From Saprospiraceae bacterium (GTDB taxonomy: Bacteria > Bacteroidota > Bacteroidia > Chitinophagales > Saprospiraceae): a stretch of 64,000 nt of DNA. How positions within the stretch are numbered: the first letter of the stretch is position 1; each line of letters begins with the position of its first letter. Where the stretch lies: contig JAHBTW010000013.1 in NCBI GenBank assembly GCA_019638385.1, forward strand, positions 70,016 to 134,015. Direction: 5' to 3'. Shown piece by piece: positions 38,731 through 48,481 of the stretch. Position numbers and translations under genes: made by a program. Under the pieces are notes generated by a model. It searched no databases. It saw nothing but the letters and a program-made list of their open reading frames with translations, and had not been told where the DNA came from.

Positions 38731-41304
38731 TTATTTCTTTTTTACAGTTGTACTCTTTTTGGCGGTTGCGCTCTTTTTGGCAACCGGTTTCTTTTTGGCG
38801 TCAAATGCGCCGGGAATATCCGCTGTGATGAGCGCTTTCACCTGTTCGAGCGTGAGCGCGGCAGCTTCTTCAACGCCGGGTTTTTTGCCGTCTATGGCAG
38901 GTATTTTCACATTGGCCTTGCCGAAGCGGATGAACGGCCCCCAACGCCCGTTTTCAATGGCGATGTTTTCGTCATCCCATTTTTGAATGTAACGATTGGC
39001 TTCCTTATCGAGTTTAGATTCGATCAGTTCGCGCACATCGGCCTCGCTGAGATGGTCGAAATCGTACTTTTTAGGGATATTGACGTATAGGTCTTTCCAC
39101 TTGATGAAGGGGCCGAAGCGGCCTTTGCCTTTGGTGACCGGGTGCCCTTCGTACTGTGCTACCGGCGCGTCTTCTTTGAGTTTGGCTTCCAGAATTTCCA
39201 CAGCGCGCTCCATGCTCAGTTCGAGCGGGTCTTCTCCTTTGGGCAGAGAAACGAATTTCTCTCCGAACTTGACATAAGGCCCGTACCGGCCGGCGCCCAC
39301 TATCAATTCCTCGCCTTTGTAATCGCCCAATACGAGGGGCAGTTGAAAGAGCTTGAGTGCTTCCTCGTAGGTGATGGTGTCCAGCGACTGTCCGGGCTTG
39401 AGGTTGCCGTAGCGGGGTTTTTCCTCCGGGCCGAGTTCTTCCGGCGCGCCGATCTGAATAACCGGGCCGCGGCGCGACATGCGGGTGAGCACCGTGCGAC
39501 CGGTGGCGGGGTCTTTGCCGAGGATGCGTTCCCGCGAAGGGCGCTCGGCAGTTTCGGCAGTTTTTTCAACGAGTTGATGAAACGGGGTGTAGAAGTCGCG
39601 CATCATACCCGTCCAATCGCGACCGTTGGTAGCAATTTGGTCAAACTGCTCCTCAATGCCGGCAGTGAACTTATAGTTCATAACCTCTTTGAAGTGTTCG
39701 TCGAGAAAGTCAATGACGGTGGTGCCCATGTCGGTGGGAAACAAGAGGTTTTTGGCTACGCCCGTGTTTTCGCTGCGCGTTTCTGCGCGAATGGCGCCCT
39801 TTTGCAAAGTGAGCATTGTATATGGGCGGGGCGTTCCCTCGCGGCTTTCTTTCACCACATAACCGCGGCCTTCTTCCATAATTTTGGTAATGGTCGGCGC
39901 ATACGTGGAGGGGCGGCCTATGCCGAGTTCTTCTAATTTTTTCACCAAAGAGGCTTCCGTATAACGGGCCGGCGGGCGGGTGAAGCGCTGCGTAGCCGTC
40001 ATCAGGTTCAGGTCGAGCACTTGTGCTACCTTCAACGGCGGCAACATGCCTTTGGCCTCTTCCTCCTCTTCGTCTTTGCCTTCGAGATATACTTTAAGAA
40101 ATCCGTCAAATTTCAACACCTCGCCCACTGCCTGCAACGCTCCGTCGGGGAGGGTGGAGATGCCGATGCTCACGGTGGTTTTTTCCAACTGAGCGTCGGC
40201 CATTTGGGAAGCAATGGTGCGCTTCCAGATGAGTTCGTACAGGCGTTGTTCGTCGCGGTCGCCCGACACGTTTTGTTTTTCCGAATAGGTGGGGCGGATG
40301 GCTTCGTGCGCTTCCTGCGCGTTGGCTACTTTGTTTTTGAAGCGGCGCGTTTGGGTGTAGTTGGCGCCGTAGTTGGTTTCCACCACTTTTGCGATGGCGG
40401 CAATGGCCGTTTCGCTGAGGTTGATGGAGTCGGTACGCATATAAGTGATGTGGCCGGCTTCGTAGAGGCGCTGTGCTACCGACATGGTGCGGTTGACCGA
40501 AAAGCCGAGCTTTCGGCTGGCCTCCTGCTGCAGGGTGGAAGTGGTGAAGGGCGCGGCCGGACTGCGCTTGAGGGGTTTTACTTCAATGTCGTTGATGCGA
40601 AAAGTAGCGCCGTTGCATTTTTCCAAAAAGCTGCGGGCGTCGTTTTCGGTATCGTAGCGCATGGGCGATTCGGCCTCCAGAGGCACTACTTTGCCCTGCC
40701 CGTTGGGTACGTTGAATACAGCCTCTACCTTAAAATAAGGCGCGGGCGTGAAAGCATTGATCTCCTTTTCGCGCTCTACGATGAGCTTTACGGCCACCGA
40801 TTGTACGCGCCCGGCAGAAAGTCCGCCTTTTATTTTTTTCCAGAGGATGCCGGAAAGGTCGTACCCCACAAGGCGGTCGAGTACGCGGCGGGCCTGCTGT
40901 GCATTGACGAGATTGAGGTCTAAGCTGCGGGGTTTCAGGATGGCGGCCTGAATGGCCGGCTTGGTGATCTCGCGGAAAACGATGCGCTTGGTCTTGTGCT
41001 CGTCTAAGCCCAATACCTCGCACAAGTGCCAGGAAATGGCCTCACCTTCGCGGTCTTCGTCCGTTGCGAGCCACACCTCGTCCACCTTGGCCACCCAGTC
41101 TTTGAGGTCTTTCACGACTTTTCGTTTGTCGGGGGTTACCACATATCTGGGTCGGAAATTATTCTCTACCTCTACGGCGCCATCGCCTTTTTCGAGGTCG
41201 CGCACATGGCCGAAGCTGGATTTTACGGTAAAGTCCTTTCCGAGATACTTTTCGATGGTTTTAGCTTTTGCCGGCGATTCTACTATCAATAAGTTTTTTG
41301 GCAT
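38731..41304 (-). CDS. topA: Type IA DNA topoisomerase I
   Basis: Toprim N-terminus (LLIVESPAKAKTIEKYLG), active-site Tyr context ITYMRTDS, C-terminal repeat domains and a Lys-rich tail. Confidence 0.95.
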   Translation of the reverse strand: MPKNLLIVESPAKAKTIEKYLGKDFTVKSSFGHVRDLEKGDGAVEVENNFRPRYVVTPDKRKVVKDLKDWVAKVDEVWLATDEDREGEAISWHLCEVLGLDEHKTKRIVFREITKPAIQAAILKPRSLDLNLVNAQQARRVLDRLVGYDLSGILWKKIKGGLSAGRVQSVAVKLIVEREKEINAFTPAPYFKVEAVFNVPNGQGKVVPLEAESPMRYDTENDARSFLEKCNGATFRINDIEVKPLKRSPAAPFTTSTLQQEASRKLGFSVNRTMSVAQRLYEAGHITYMRTDSINLSETAIAAIAKVVETNYGANYTQTRRFKNKVANAQEAHEAIRPTYSEKQNVSGDRDEQRLYELIWKRTIASQMADAQLEKTTVSIGISTLPDGALQAVGEVLKFDGFLKVYLEGKDEEEEEAKGMLPPLKVAQVLDLNLMTATQRFTRPPARYTEASLVKKLEELGIGRPSTYAPTITKIMEEGRGYVVKESREGTPRPYTMLTLQKGAIRAETRSENTGVAKNLLFPTDMGTTVIDFLDEHFKEVMNYKFTAGIEEQFDQIATNGRDWTGMMRDFYTPFHQLVEKTAETAERPSRERILGKDPATGRTVLTRMSRRGPVIQIGAPEELGPEEKPRYGNLKPGQSLDTITYEEALKLFQLPLVLGDYKGEELIVGAGRYGPYVKFGEKFVSLPKGEDPLELSMERAVEILEAKLKEDAPVAQYEGHPVTKGKGRFGPFIKWKDLYVNIPKKYDFDHLSEADVRELIESKLDKEANRYIQKWDDENIAIENGRWGPFIRFGKANVKIPAIDGKKPGVEEAAALTLEQVKALITADIPGAFDAKKKPVAKKSATAKKSTTVKKK

Positions 41305-41390
41305 TGGTCCGAATCATTTGTTCATTGGAAGGGCAAAGGTAGGGTTTTTCAACTATTAGCGGCAAAAGTATTCCCGCAGCGGGCTGCGCT

Positions 41391-41543
41391 TTACCGCTTG
41401 GGGCACTTCTTACACCGCTTGCCCTCTTTGAATTTTTTGCAACACTTCTTCTTCTTGTCCTTTCCGGCAAACAGCGGACAGTCCTTACAGGCAGCGAGGC
41501 CCTTTACGCGGGTACAGGTTTTGAGAGCGGTATCCGGCTGCAT
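41391..41543 (-). CDS. Candidate small Cys/Lys-rich protein (50 aa, two CxxC pairs), below the ORF-track cutoff
   Basis: Hand translation gives MQPDTALKTCTRVKGLAACKDCPLFAGKDKKKKCCKKFKEGKRCKKCPKR*. It is on the same strand as topA, 86 nt upstream. I recognise no family. Confidence 0.3.
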   Translation of the reverse strand: MQPDTALKTCTRVKGLAACKDCPLFAGKDKKKKCCKKFKEGKRCKKCPKR

Positions 41544-41932
41544 GTTCGCGAATTTTGGCGCAAGATAAGGCGGGTTTTGGGAATACGGAATGACTCAGAG
41601 GCACGGAATATCACGGAGCCATAGCGCTCACAAGACAACGCGCTACCTTCTGACAAGCTCCGGGCGCAACTTTTGGAGCCTTTTGCAAAATTTGGGTCAA
41701 GGGGGATAATATTGAAATTAAAAACCTGATAATGAATGCTAAAGTAAAACAATATTGCTTTTTTTTCAAAAACAGTCCACCTATATAAGTTGCACAATGC
41801 GGGTGGCGGAAGTTGGCCGATATACTACTTTCGTTTTGCCGAATAAATTTCAGGTTTTTGTGTAGTAAGACATAAAAAACTCATACTATTTATTCGCAGC
41901 CCAATATTTATTCCATTTAAAACACAATTGAC

Positions 41933-44497
41933 ATGAAAAGATCAATTCTACTTTTCTTATTGTTTCTGGGCATCGGCGCCCTTCACGCCCAGCGGGCTGT
42001 CATCGCCGGAAAAGTGACGGATGCGCAAAGCAAAGAAGCGGTCGTCGGCGCCAATGTATATCTCGAAGGCACCACTACAGGTACCGTAACTGATCTGAAC
42101 GGCATGTACAGCATTACGACGGCGCCCGGCGATTACACGCTCATCATATCATATGTAGGCTACGGCAACAAGTCGCAACGCATCAGCCTGACCTCCGGAG
42201 AAACCACTACGGCAGATGTGATGCTGGAAACCTCTAATCTCCTCGGCCAGGAGGTGGTGGTATCGGCATCGCGCTCGGCGGAAAAAATCACCAATGCGCC
42301 GGCCACCATTTCGGTTATCAACTCGCGCTCTATTGAGGAGTTGCCATCCTTTAATGTGGCCGAATTGCTGGGCCGCCAACGCGGCTTGGACTATGTGCGC
42401 TCCGGCGTACTCGGTATCGGCGTGAATGCGCGCGGTTTCAACAGCGCCTTTAACCCCAAAAACCTGCAAGTGAACGACGGGCGTTTCTCTACGCTCATCG
42501 CTACCGGCCTGCCCCTCGGAGCGCTCGGTACCACCGTGAAGGAGGACATTGAGCGCATCGAAGTGGTGCTCGGCCCCTCTTCTGCCTTGTACGGCCCCAA
42601 CGCCCACAACGGCCTCATCAACACCATTACCAAAAACCCGCGCACCAGTGAGGGCACTACCTTTGTGGTGGGTTTCACCAGTTCGCTGCAGGAGGGCCTG
42701 TTCGGCGATACGCCGCACGCACAAAGCTATCGCCTGCGCCACGCCATGAAGCTGGGCGAAAAACTCTCTTTCAAAGTGAGCGGCGAATTCACACAGGGCC
42801 AAGAGTTTAACTTCATTGACTCCGTGTATGTCGGTGTGGTGGGATTCAATGAATTGGGTTCTGCATTTGACAACGAGGGCCTGCAACAGCCGGATTTTAC
42901 CTTCAATTCGCTTCGCGGCGAAGCGCAGGTGTATTACGCCGTTACGCCCAAATCGGACCTCATCGCATCCTATGGCGCGAGCAAAAGCAACAACATCGGC
43001 AATACCAATGCCGGCCGCAACCAGATCCGCGATTGGTTGGTAAACTGGGTGCAACTCCGCTATGTATCGCCCCGCTTTTTTGCGCAGGTGTATAATACAA
43101 CGAGCAGCACCGACTCTACCTTCGCCATGAACCAACGTACGGTGAACTACTGGACTTTCCGCGCCAATGGATTTAGCGAAGAGGAATCCCGCACGAAATC
43201 CTTTACCAAACAGTGGTTTCCGGTTGCCGGAATTCCCGGAGGTGGAGTAGAGTTGGACCGCGGCTCTATTTTCCAGGATCAATCCCGGCGCCTCAATGCC
43301 GAAGCGCAATACAACAACCGAATCGGCATATTGAGCTACATCGCCGGCGTACAGTACCAGCGCGACGCCGCCAACAGCAACGGCACCTACCTGCTCGACC
43401 GCAACAAAGACGGCGTGGTGGAAGACATCGTCATCGGCCAGTTGGGCGGCTACCTGCAAGCTGATCTGAAATTCGGTTCCAACTTTAAAGCGGTATTGGC
43501 AGCCCGCGCCGATCAGCACGATTTGTATGGCTTCAACTTCATTCCCAAAGCAGCTTTGGTGTATTACAACGACAACGGCTCCTTCCGCCTCACTTACGGC
43601 AAAGGCATTGCCGCTCCGACCATTCTCAACCTCGAAGCCAATATCTTCGGCGGCTTATTGTTGGGCAACGGCACAGGATTTACCCTGAGCGACGGCAGCA
43701 AGATTAATGCTTTGACGGTGGAAACCATCGAAACTGTGGAGGCAGGCTACAAGGGCCAGTTGTCGAACAAGCTCTTTGTAGATGCCAACGTGTATTACAA
43801 CTGGTCGAAAGACTTCCTCAGCCCTGCGCTGAACATTGCCACCAACGGCCGCACAGTGACCCACCGCGGCGACGTGCCCATGTCGGATGTGGTGCCCGGC
43901 ACGGCGGCCTCCGGTTCTACTTTGGTGCTCACTTACCTCAACTTCGGCAAAGTAAACACCTACGGCTTCGACGCTTCGGTGAGCTACAGCATCACGCCCA
44001 GCCTGCTCGCTACGATGAACTACTCTTATTTCGGCTATGAAATTGACACCGAAGATCTCGCCAACGACGGCAACCGCAACGGCGTAGTGGACGAAAACGA
44101 CCTGCCCATCAATACGCCGGCGCACAAAATCGGCTTGGGGCTTAACTACACCAAAAACAAGTTGTTCGGCTCGCTGTTCGGTCGCTGGGTAGAGTCGTAT
44201 GATTTCTTCTCCGGCATCAACGTAGCCGCCGCTACCAACCCGGACCTGGTTTATGCCGGTTCGCCGGTGGTAGAAGGCGCCCGCGTAGGTCGCTCGTTCA
44301 ACAACGGCCCGCTCGGCGGCTTCTTCAACCTCGATCTTTCTTTAGGATACCGGATCAGCAACATCTTCACCGTGTCGGGGCAGGTGACCAATGCATTGAA
44401 TGCAGAAGTGCGCGAATTTGTAGCCTCGCCGGCGATTGCGCCACTTTACTCGCTCGAATTGAAAGTGAACCTGCCGGCTATCGGCGGGAAGAAGTAA
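41933..44497 (+). CDS. TonB-dependent outer-membrane receptor (CarboxypepD_reg-like + plug + 22-strand barrel)
   Basis: Signal peptide, the segment IAGKVTDAQSKEAVVGANVYLEGTTTGTVTDLNGMY, plug motifs, and a terminal aromatic-rich barrel. Confidence 0.9.
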   Translation: MKRSILLFLLFLGIGALHAQRAVIAGKVTDAQSKEAVVGANVYLEGTTTGTVTDLNGMYSITTAPGDYTLIISYVGYGNKSQRISLTSGETTTADVMLETSNLLGQEVVVSASRSAEKITNAPATISVINSRSIEELPSFNVAELLGRQRGLDYVRSGVLGIGVNARGFNSAFNPKNLQVNDGRFSTLIATGLPLGALGTTVKEDIERIEVVLGPSSALYGPNAHNGLINTITKNPRTSEGTTFVVGFTSSLQEGLFGDTPHAQSYRLRHAMKLGEKLSFKVSGEFTQGQEFNFIDSVYVGVVGFNELGSAFDNEGLQQPDFTFNSLRGEAQVYYAVTPKSDLIASYGASKSNNIGNTNAGRNQIRDWLVNWVQLRYVSPRFFAQVYNTTSSTDSTFAMNQRTVNYWTFRANGFSEEESRTKSFTKQWFPVAGIPGGGVELDRGSIFQDQSRRLNAEAQYNNRIGILSYIAGVQYQRDAANSNGTYLLDRNKDGVVEDIVIGQLGGYLQADLKFGSNFKAVLAARADQHDLYGFNFIPKAALVYYNDNGSFRLTYGKGIAAPTILNLEANIFGGLLLGNGTGFTLSDGSKINALTVETIETVEAGYKGQLSNKLFVDANVYYNWSKDFLSPALNIATNGRTVTHRGDVPMSDVVPGTAASGSTLVLTYLNFGKVNTYGFDASVSYSITPSLLATMNYSYFGYEIDTEDLANDGNRNGVVDENDLPINTPAHKIGLGLNYTKNKLFGSLFGRWVESYDFFSGINVAAATNPDLVYAGSPVVEGARVGRSFNNGPLGGFFNLDLSLGYRISNIFTVSGQVTNALNAEVREFVASPAIAPLYSLELKVNLPAIGGKK

Positions 44498-44512
44498 TAT
44501 TTTGTAAATGCC

Positions 44513-44590
44513 ATTTTTAGCTACGAGCTATGAGCCGCGAGCTATGAGTTTGAACTCTCACAGCTCGTAGCTCACAGCTCGCGGCTACAA
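44513..44590. repeat. Composite REP-like palindrome (two left and two right arms of the GCNNCGAGCTRTGAG unit)
   Basis: TTTTTAGCTACGAGCTATGAGCCGCGAGCTATGAG tttgaac TCTCACAGCTCGTAGCTCACAGCTCGCGGC. It begins 16 nt after the receptor stop. Confidence 0.65.
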
Positions 44591-44603
44591 TCCCAACGCT
44601 CCC

Positions 44604-45596
44604 ATGCGCAACGCCGTCATCCTTTCCTCCGGGGCTTATGCTCCTGACCGGGTATTGCCCAATAGCTACTTCAATGATTTGCTCGGCGAGGACGTGGACA
44701 TCTGGCTCCGCGAAAACGTGGAAATATACGAGCGCCGCTGGTGCGGCCCCGATGAGAGCACTGTTGATCTTTGCGAAAAGGCAGCCCTGCAGGCACTCCA
44801 TCGCGCCGGCCTCCGCGCCGACCAACTCGACCTGATTATCATTGCCACCGATACGCCGGAATACGTTTCGCCTTCCACGGCCTCCGTTTTGCAAGATCGC
44901 ATCGGCGCCGGCAATGCGGGTACCTTTGATGTAAATACCGCCTGTGCCGGCTTCGTCACAGCGCTCGACATTGCCTCCAAATACATCCTCATCGACGACC
45001 AGTACCGCTACATACTCGTCATCGGCGCTTATGCCATGAGCAAGTACCTCAATATGGCCGACAAAAAAACCGTCACGCTGTTTGCCGACGGCGCAGGGGC
45101 CGTGGTGCTCGCCGCCGAGGAAAGCGGCCAAAAGCGCGGCGTGTTGGCGAGCAAACTCATATCAAAAGGGCAATACTGCGAATGGATGGGCATTTACGGC
45201 GGCGGCACGCGCTTTCCGCTGAGTGAACAGGTATTGGCAGATAAAACACACCTGTTGCAATTTGTAAAAAAATTCCCCAAAGAACTGAATCCCGAAATTT
45301 GGTCGGCCATGACGCGCAGCCTCTGTGAGCGCATCGGCGTCACACCCGACGACATTGACCACTTCTTCATCACCCAGATCAACGTCAACAGCCTGCGTGA
45401 AACGATGGACCTGTTGGAGCAACCGCACGCCAAAGCGCACGCGACCATGCACTACCTCGGATATACCGGCTCAGCCTGCATCCCGATGGCATATAACTTG
45501 GTGGTAGAACAAGGCAAAGTGAAGCCCGGCGAATTGGGCTTCTTCATCGGATCGGGCGGCGGGCTTGCTTTTGCAGCGGCGGCAGTACGGTTTTAA
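44604..45596 (+). CDS. 3-oxoacyl-ACP synthase III (FabH-like, KAS III family)
   Basis: Active-site Cys context DVNTACAGFV and a thiolase-fold C-terminal half (GYTGSACIPMAY, GSGGGLAFAAAAVRF). Confidence 0.8.
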   Translation: MRNAVILSSGAYAPDRVLPNSYFNDLLGEDVDIWLRENVEIYERRWCGPDESTVDLCEKAALQALHRAGLRADQLDLIIIATDTPEYVSPSTASVLQDRIGAGNAGTFDVNTACAGFVTALDIASKYILIDDQYRYILVIGAYAMSKYLNMADKKTVTLFADGAGAVVLAAEESGQKRGVLASKLISKGQYCEWMGIYGGGTRFPLSEQVLADKTHLLQFVKKFPKELNPEIWSAMTRSLCERIGVTPDDIDHFFITQINVNSLRETMDLLEQPHAKAHATMHYLGYTGSACIPMAYNLVVEQGKVKPGELGFFIGSGGGLAFAAAAVRF

Positions 45597-46357
45597 TTGC
45601 GAATCCAGCCCGGAATGCGCAGCACACTCCCCCCTCCCAACAATACCATTCCGCCCAAAAGGGCATACTGTATGGCGGGAAACTGCGCCGCATCCGTGCG
45701 CGCCAGAATGCCGTACAAGGCCCAAAGGATGACCAATGCGTAGGGTACATCCAATTTTTTCCACAAAAAGAACGCTCCGGCTAACACGGCTACGACGATC
45801 ATCGCCACCGTCCATATGGCCGGGCTGATGCCGAATCCGTTCCACTCATAATGTACTAATACGGCAGTAGCGTTGGCGATGGTGGCTACGCTGATCCAAC
45901 CCAGATATACACTGAACGGCAACCGGGCGGCGTATTTTCCTTCAGAGCCGGACCCGCTGTTGAGCGCCTGATAAATGCGAATGAGCGACCACAGCAACGC
46001 CAGTATGATCGCCAGTGAGAGCAATGGTTGCAGTGCATGCCATGCCAATATCCACAGGCCGTTGGCCATGCTGGAGATAAAAAACCAGGGGCCGGTGGCC
46101 GCAACGTAGGCCGGCGGCTCGCTTTTGCTTCCGAATGCGCCTTTCATCTGAGCCACCGTAAAAACGAGCAGCAGCAAATAGATCAAGCCCCATATACTGA
46201 AGGTGAAGCCCGCAGGTACAAATAGATTGGGAAACAGGCCGGAAATTTCGCCGGTGTTGCGCCCAAACAAAGGCAGGGCATTGGCCAAGGTATTCATGAC
46301 GATCATAAACACGAAGCTGGCGGCATTGAGCCATTGGAGTGTACGGGCAGTTTTCAT
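45593..46357 (-). CDS. TspO/MBR-related (tryptophan-rich sensory protein-like) membrane protein
   Basis: 254 aa with about 7 TM helices and the remembered block NALPLFGRNTGEISGLFPNLFVPAGFTFSIWGLIYLLL. Its stop overlaps the convergent FabH-like stop at TTAA. Confidence 0.5.
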   Translation of the reverse strand: MKTARTLQWLNAASFVFMIVMNTLANALPLFGRNTGEISGLFPNLFVPAGFTFSIWGLIYLLLLVFTVAQMKGAFGSKSEPPAYVAATGPWFFISSMANGLWILAWHALQPLLSLAIILALLWSLIRIYQALNSGSGSEGKYAARLPFSVYLGWISVATIANATAVLVHYEWNGFGISPAIWTVAMIVVAVLAGAFFLWKKLDVPYALVILWALYGILARTDAAQFPAIQYALLGGMVLLGGGSVLRIPGWIRN

Positions 46358-46469
46358 ATTGGTAAAGATAGGCTTAGTAAATACTTAATCGTACAAGATG
46401 CGTAAAACTTTGCGAGTTTTGCGCCGATCATTGAATTGATTTCAAAAAATACCACACCACCGATCAACC

Positions 46470-47267
46470 ATGCAATTTCCCATTTACCAGATTGATGCCT
46501 TCACCGAGGTTTTATTTTCCGGCAATCCCGCCGCAGTTGTTCCTTTGGATACCTGGTTGCCCGATGCCGTCCTGCAAGCCGTAGCGGCCGAAAACAACCT
46601 TTCGGAAACCGCTTTTTTTGTGTCGCGCAACGACGACGGCTTCGACTTGCGCTGGTTCACGCCGCTCACGGAGGTGGACTTATGCGGCCATGCTACCCTG
46701 GCCACAGCGCATGTATTGTATAGCCACCTCGGCTTCGAGGGCGCGCGCGCCGTCTTTCACACCCGCAGCGGTATGCTTCGGGTAGAGCGGGCCGGCGCCG
46801 GGTATCGCATGGATTTTCCTGCCGATGAACCGAGTCGCATGGAGGTTCTCCCCGCGGTTGTGCAGGCATTGGGCACGGATATCGTAGAATTGTGGCGCGG
46901 CTGCAACGATTTTATGGCCGTACTACAACGCCAGGAGCAAATAGAGCAACTCCAACCCGACATTGCAGCACTCGCACAACTGGGCGGGCGCGGCCTCATT
47001 GCCACGGCGCCGGGCAACACCGTGGACTTCGTATCCCGCTGTTTTTACCCCAACGCAGGCATTGCCGAAGACCCCGTTACCGGCTCCGCGCACACTACCA
47101 TGACGCCGTATTGGGCCGCCCGAACAGGCAAAAACACCCTTCGCGCCCATCAACTCTCCGCACGCGGCGGCGACCTGCTCTGCCTCCTTGCGGGCAACAG
47201 AGTGGTGCTGGAGGGCAGTGCCGTAACCTATCTGTGGGGGGCCTGCCACGTGGGCAGAAGCGAATAA
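46470..47267 (+). CDS. PhzF-family isomerase
   Basis: The N-terminus MQFPIYQIDAFTEVLFSGNPAAVV, the block NLSETAFF, and a length of 265 aa are typical of PhzF/YddE. Confidence 0.8.
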   Translation: MQFPIYQIDAFTEVLFSGNPAAVVPLDTWLPDAVLQAVAAENNLSETAFFVSRNDDGFDLRWFTPLTEVDLCGHATLATAHVLYSHLGFEGARAVFHTRSGMLRVERAGAGYRMDFPADEPSRMEVLPAVVQALGTDIVELWRGCNDFMAVLQRQEQIEQLQPDIAALAQLGGRGLIATAPGNTVDFVSRCFYPNAGIAEDPVTGSAHTTMTPYWAARTGKNTLRAHQLSARGGDLLCLLAGNRVVLEGSAVTYLWGACHVGRSE

Positions 47268-47276
47268 CGGCGCCCC

Positions 47277-48452
47277 TTACATCAAGCGCCGCAGGGTGCT
47301 GCCCGGCCCCAACCTCCCATCGGGGGAGAGGCTGAGCAAGTTCAGGCCGGGCGTTTTTCCGGGTTCTATACTGCCGAGTTCCTCCTCGAAACCGAGCGCC
47401 TCGGCGCCGTTGAGCGTAGCCCAGCGCAGCAGCATTTCAAATGGCACATAAGACTGAAACCGGGCGATGGTTTTCATTTCTTCCCAAACTGAGAGTTGCC
47501 AGTTGGAGGTAAGACTGTCGGTTCCGATGGTCATTTTGGCGCCCTGCTCCAGAAAGTGGCGGTAGTTTGGCAGACTGTTTTCGATGTAGAGATTGGCATT
47601 TGGGCAGGTGGCCCAAAACACGCGGTCGCTCCAGGCATGAGCAGCCCGGATGTCGTCGGCATCGGTGAGGGTATTGTGTACAAAGAGGTTGCGATTGCGG
47701 GGATTGAGGTGCGCTAAGGCATAATGAATGGAGTTTCGGCCGGTGGGCTGAAAGGTGTCTAACGGGATACCGAAATGCTCATAAAACGCTACGAAATCGC
47801 CGGTTTTGTGGCGAAAGAGCGCATCTTCGTGGGGCGTTTCCTGATTGTGAATACTCACCGTGGCTTCGGCGGCATTGAGCGATGCAATGCGCCCGAACAA
47901 CTCCTTCGACACCGTGTAAGGCGCATGTGGAACGGCGCTTTTCCGATTGCCCCCTTCGGCGCTTTGCCCTTCAAAAACCGGCAGGTATTGCTGAAAAGTA
48001 CGCTCGGCAGCGGCATCCGACAGGAAGTCAAACATCTCCACAAAAGTGTAGTAGCGTATCCGGCTGCCGGCTTTCACGGCCGCGGTGTCCAATTTGTTGG
48101 AAATATCGCCCACCGCCACGATGCCGGCCTCGTACATTTCTTCATCGGCACGGCGGATGGCCTCCTGTATTTCCGCTTCGTCAATATTGCGAAACTGCAC
48201 CACGCTTTTGAGGAAGGGCAGCAGCCCGGTGCCGGTGTCCACCCGGCCGCGCATGTGCGACAACTCTAAGTGGCAGTGGGTATTGACGAACCCCGGCACA
48301 ATAACACCCGGCAATACTTCCAAAGAGGCGGGGTCGTGCTGGTCGCGGCGTTCTATGGCCAGAATGGTTCCTTTGTCGTCGGTGATAACGACGCCCTGCT
48401 CAACGGGCGGGCTGGAAACGGGGAAAACCTGATCGGCTGTGATTTTGCGCAT
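47277..48452 (-). CDS. Metal-dependent amidohydrolase-family protein (chlorohydrolase/deaminase-like)
   Basis: HxH metal motif (VNTHCHLELSH) and TIM-barrel hydrolase layout, with a late D (GTDSLTSN). Confidence 0.7.
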   Translation of the reverse strand: MRKITADQVFPVSSPPVEQGVVITDDKGTILAIERRDQHDPASLEVLPGVIVPGFVNTHCHLELSHMRGRVDTGTGLLPFLKSVVQFRNIDEAEIQEAIRRADEEMYEAGIVAVGDISNKLDTAAVKAGSRIRYYTFVEMFDFLSDAAAERTFQQYLPVFEGQSAEGGNRKSAVPHAPYTVSKELFGRIASLNAAEATVSIHNQETPHEDALFRHKTGDFVAFYEHFGIPLDTFQPTGRNSIHYALAHLNPRNRNLFVHNTLTDADDIRAAHAWSDRVFWATCPNANLYIENSLPNYRHFLEQGAKMTIGTDSLTSNWQLSVWEEMKTIARFQSYVPFEMLLRWATLNGAEALGFEEELGSIEPGKTPGLNLLSLSPDGRLGPGSTLRRLM

Positions 48453-48481
48453 GTTAGCTGTTTTCTATACCATAATATGCC

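Noticed and set aside
41544-41932. Riboswitch (cobalamin or TPP) in the 389-bp leader of the TonB-dependent receptor
   Set aside because: I looked for the B12 box, the GCCACTG-type core and the TPP CTGAGA/ACCTGAT pair. Only a lone ACCTGATAAT-like string is present, without the partner elements. ORF 41504..41797 in this region has low-complexity, non-protein-like sequence.
42149-43519. 456-aa antisense ORF inside the TonB-dependent receptor gene
   Set aside because: Its Ala/Gly/Arg/Val-rich composition is typical of antisense frames in GC-rich genes. The sense strand encodes a full, recognisable receptor.
45593-45596. 4-nt TTAA overlap of the convergent FabH-like and TspO-like stop codons
   Set aside because: The overlap is real but is a trivial consequence of TAA/TTA complementarity. 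There is no evidence of functional coupling.
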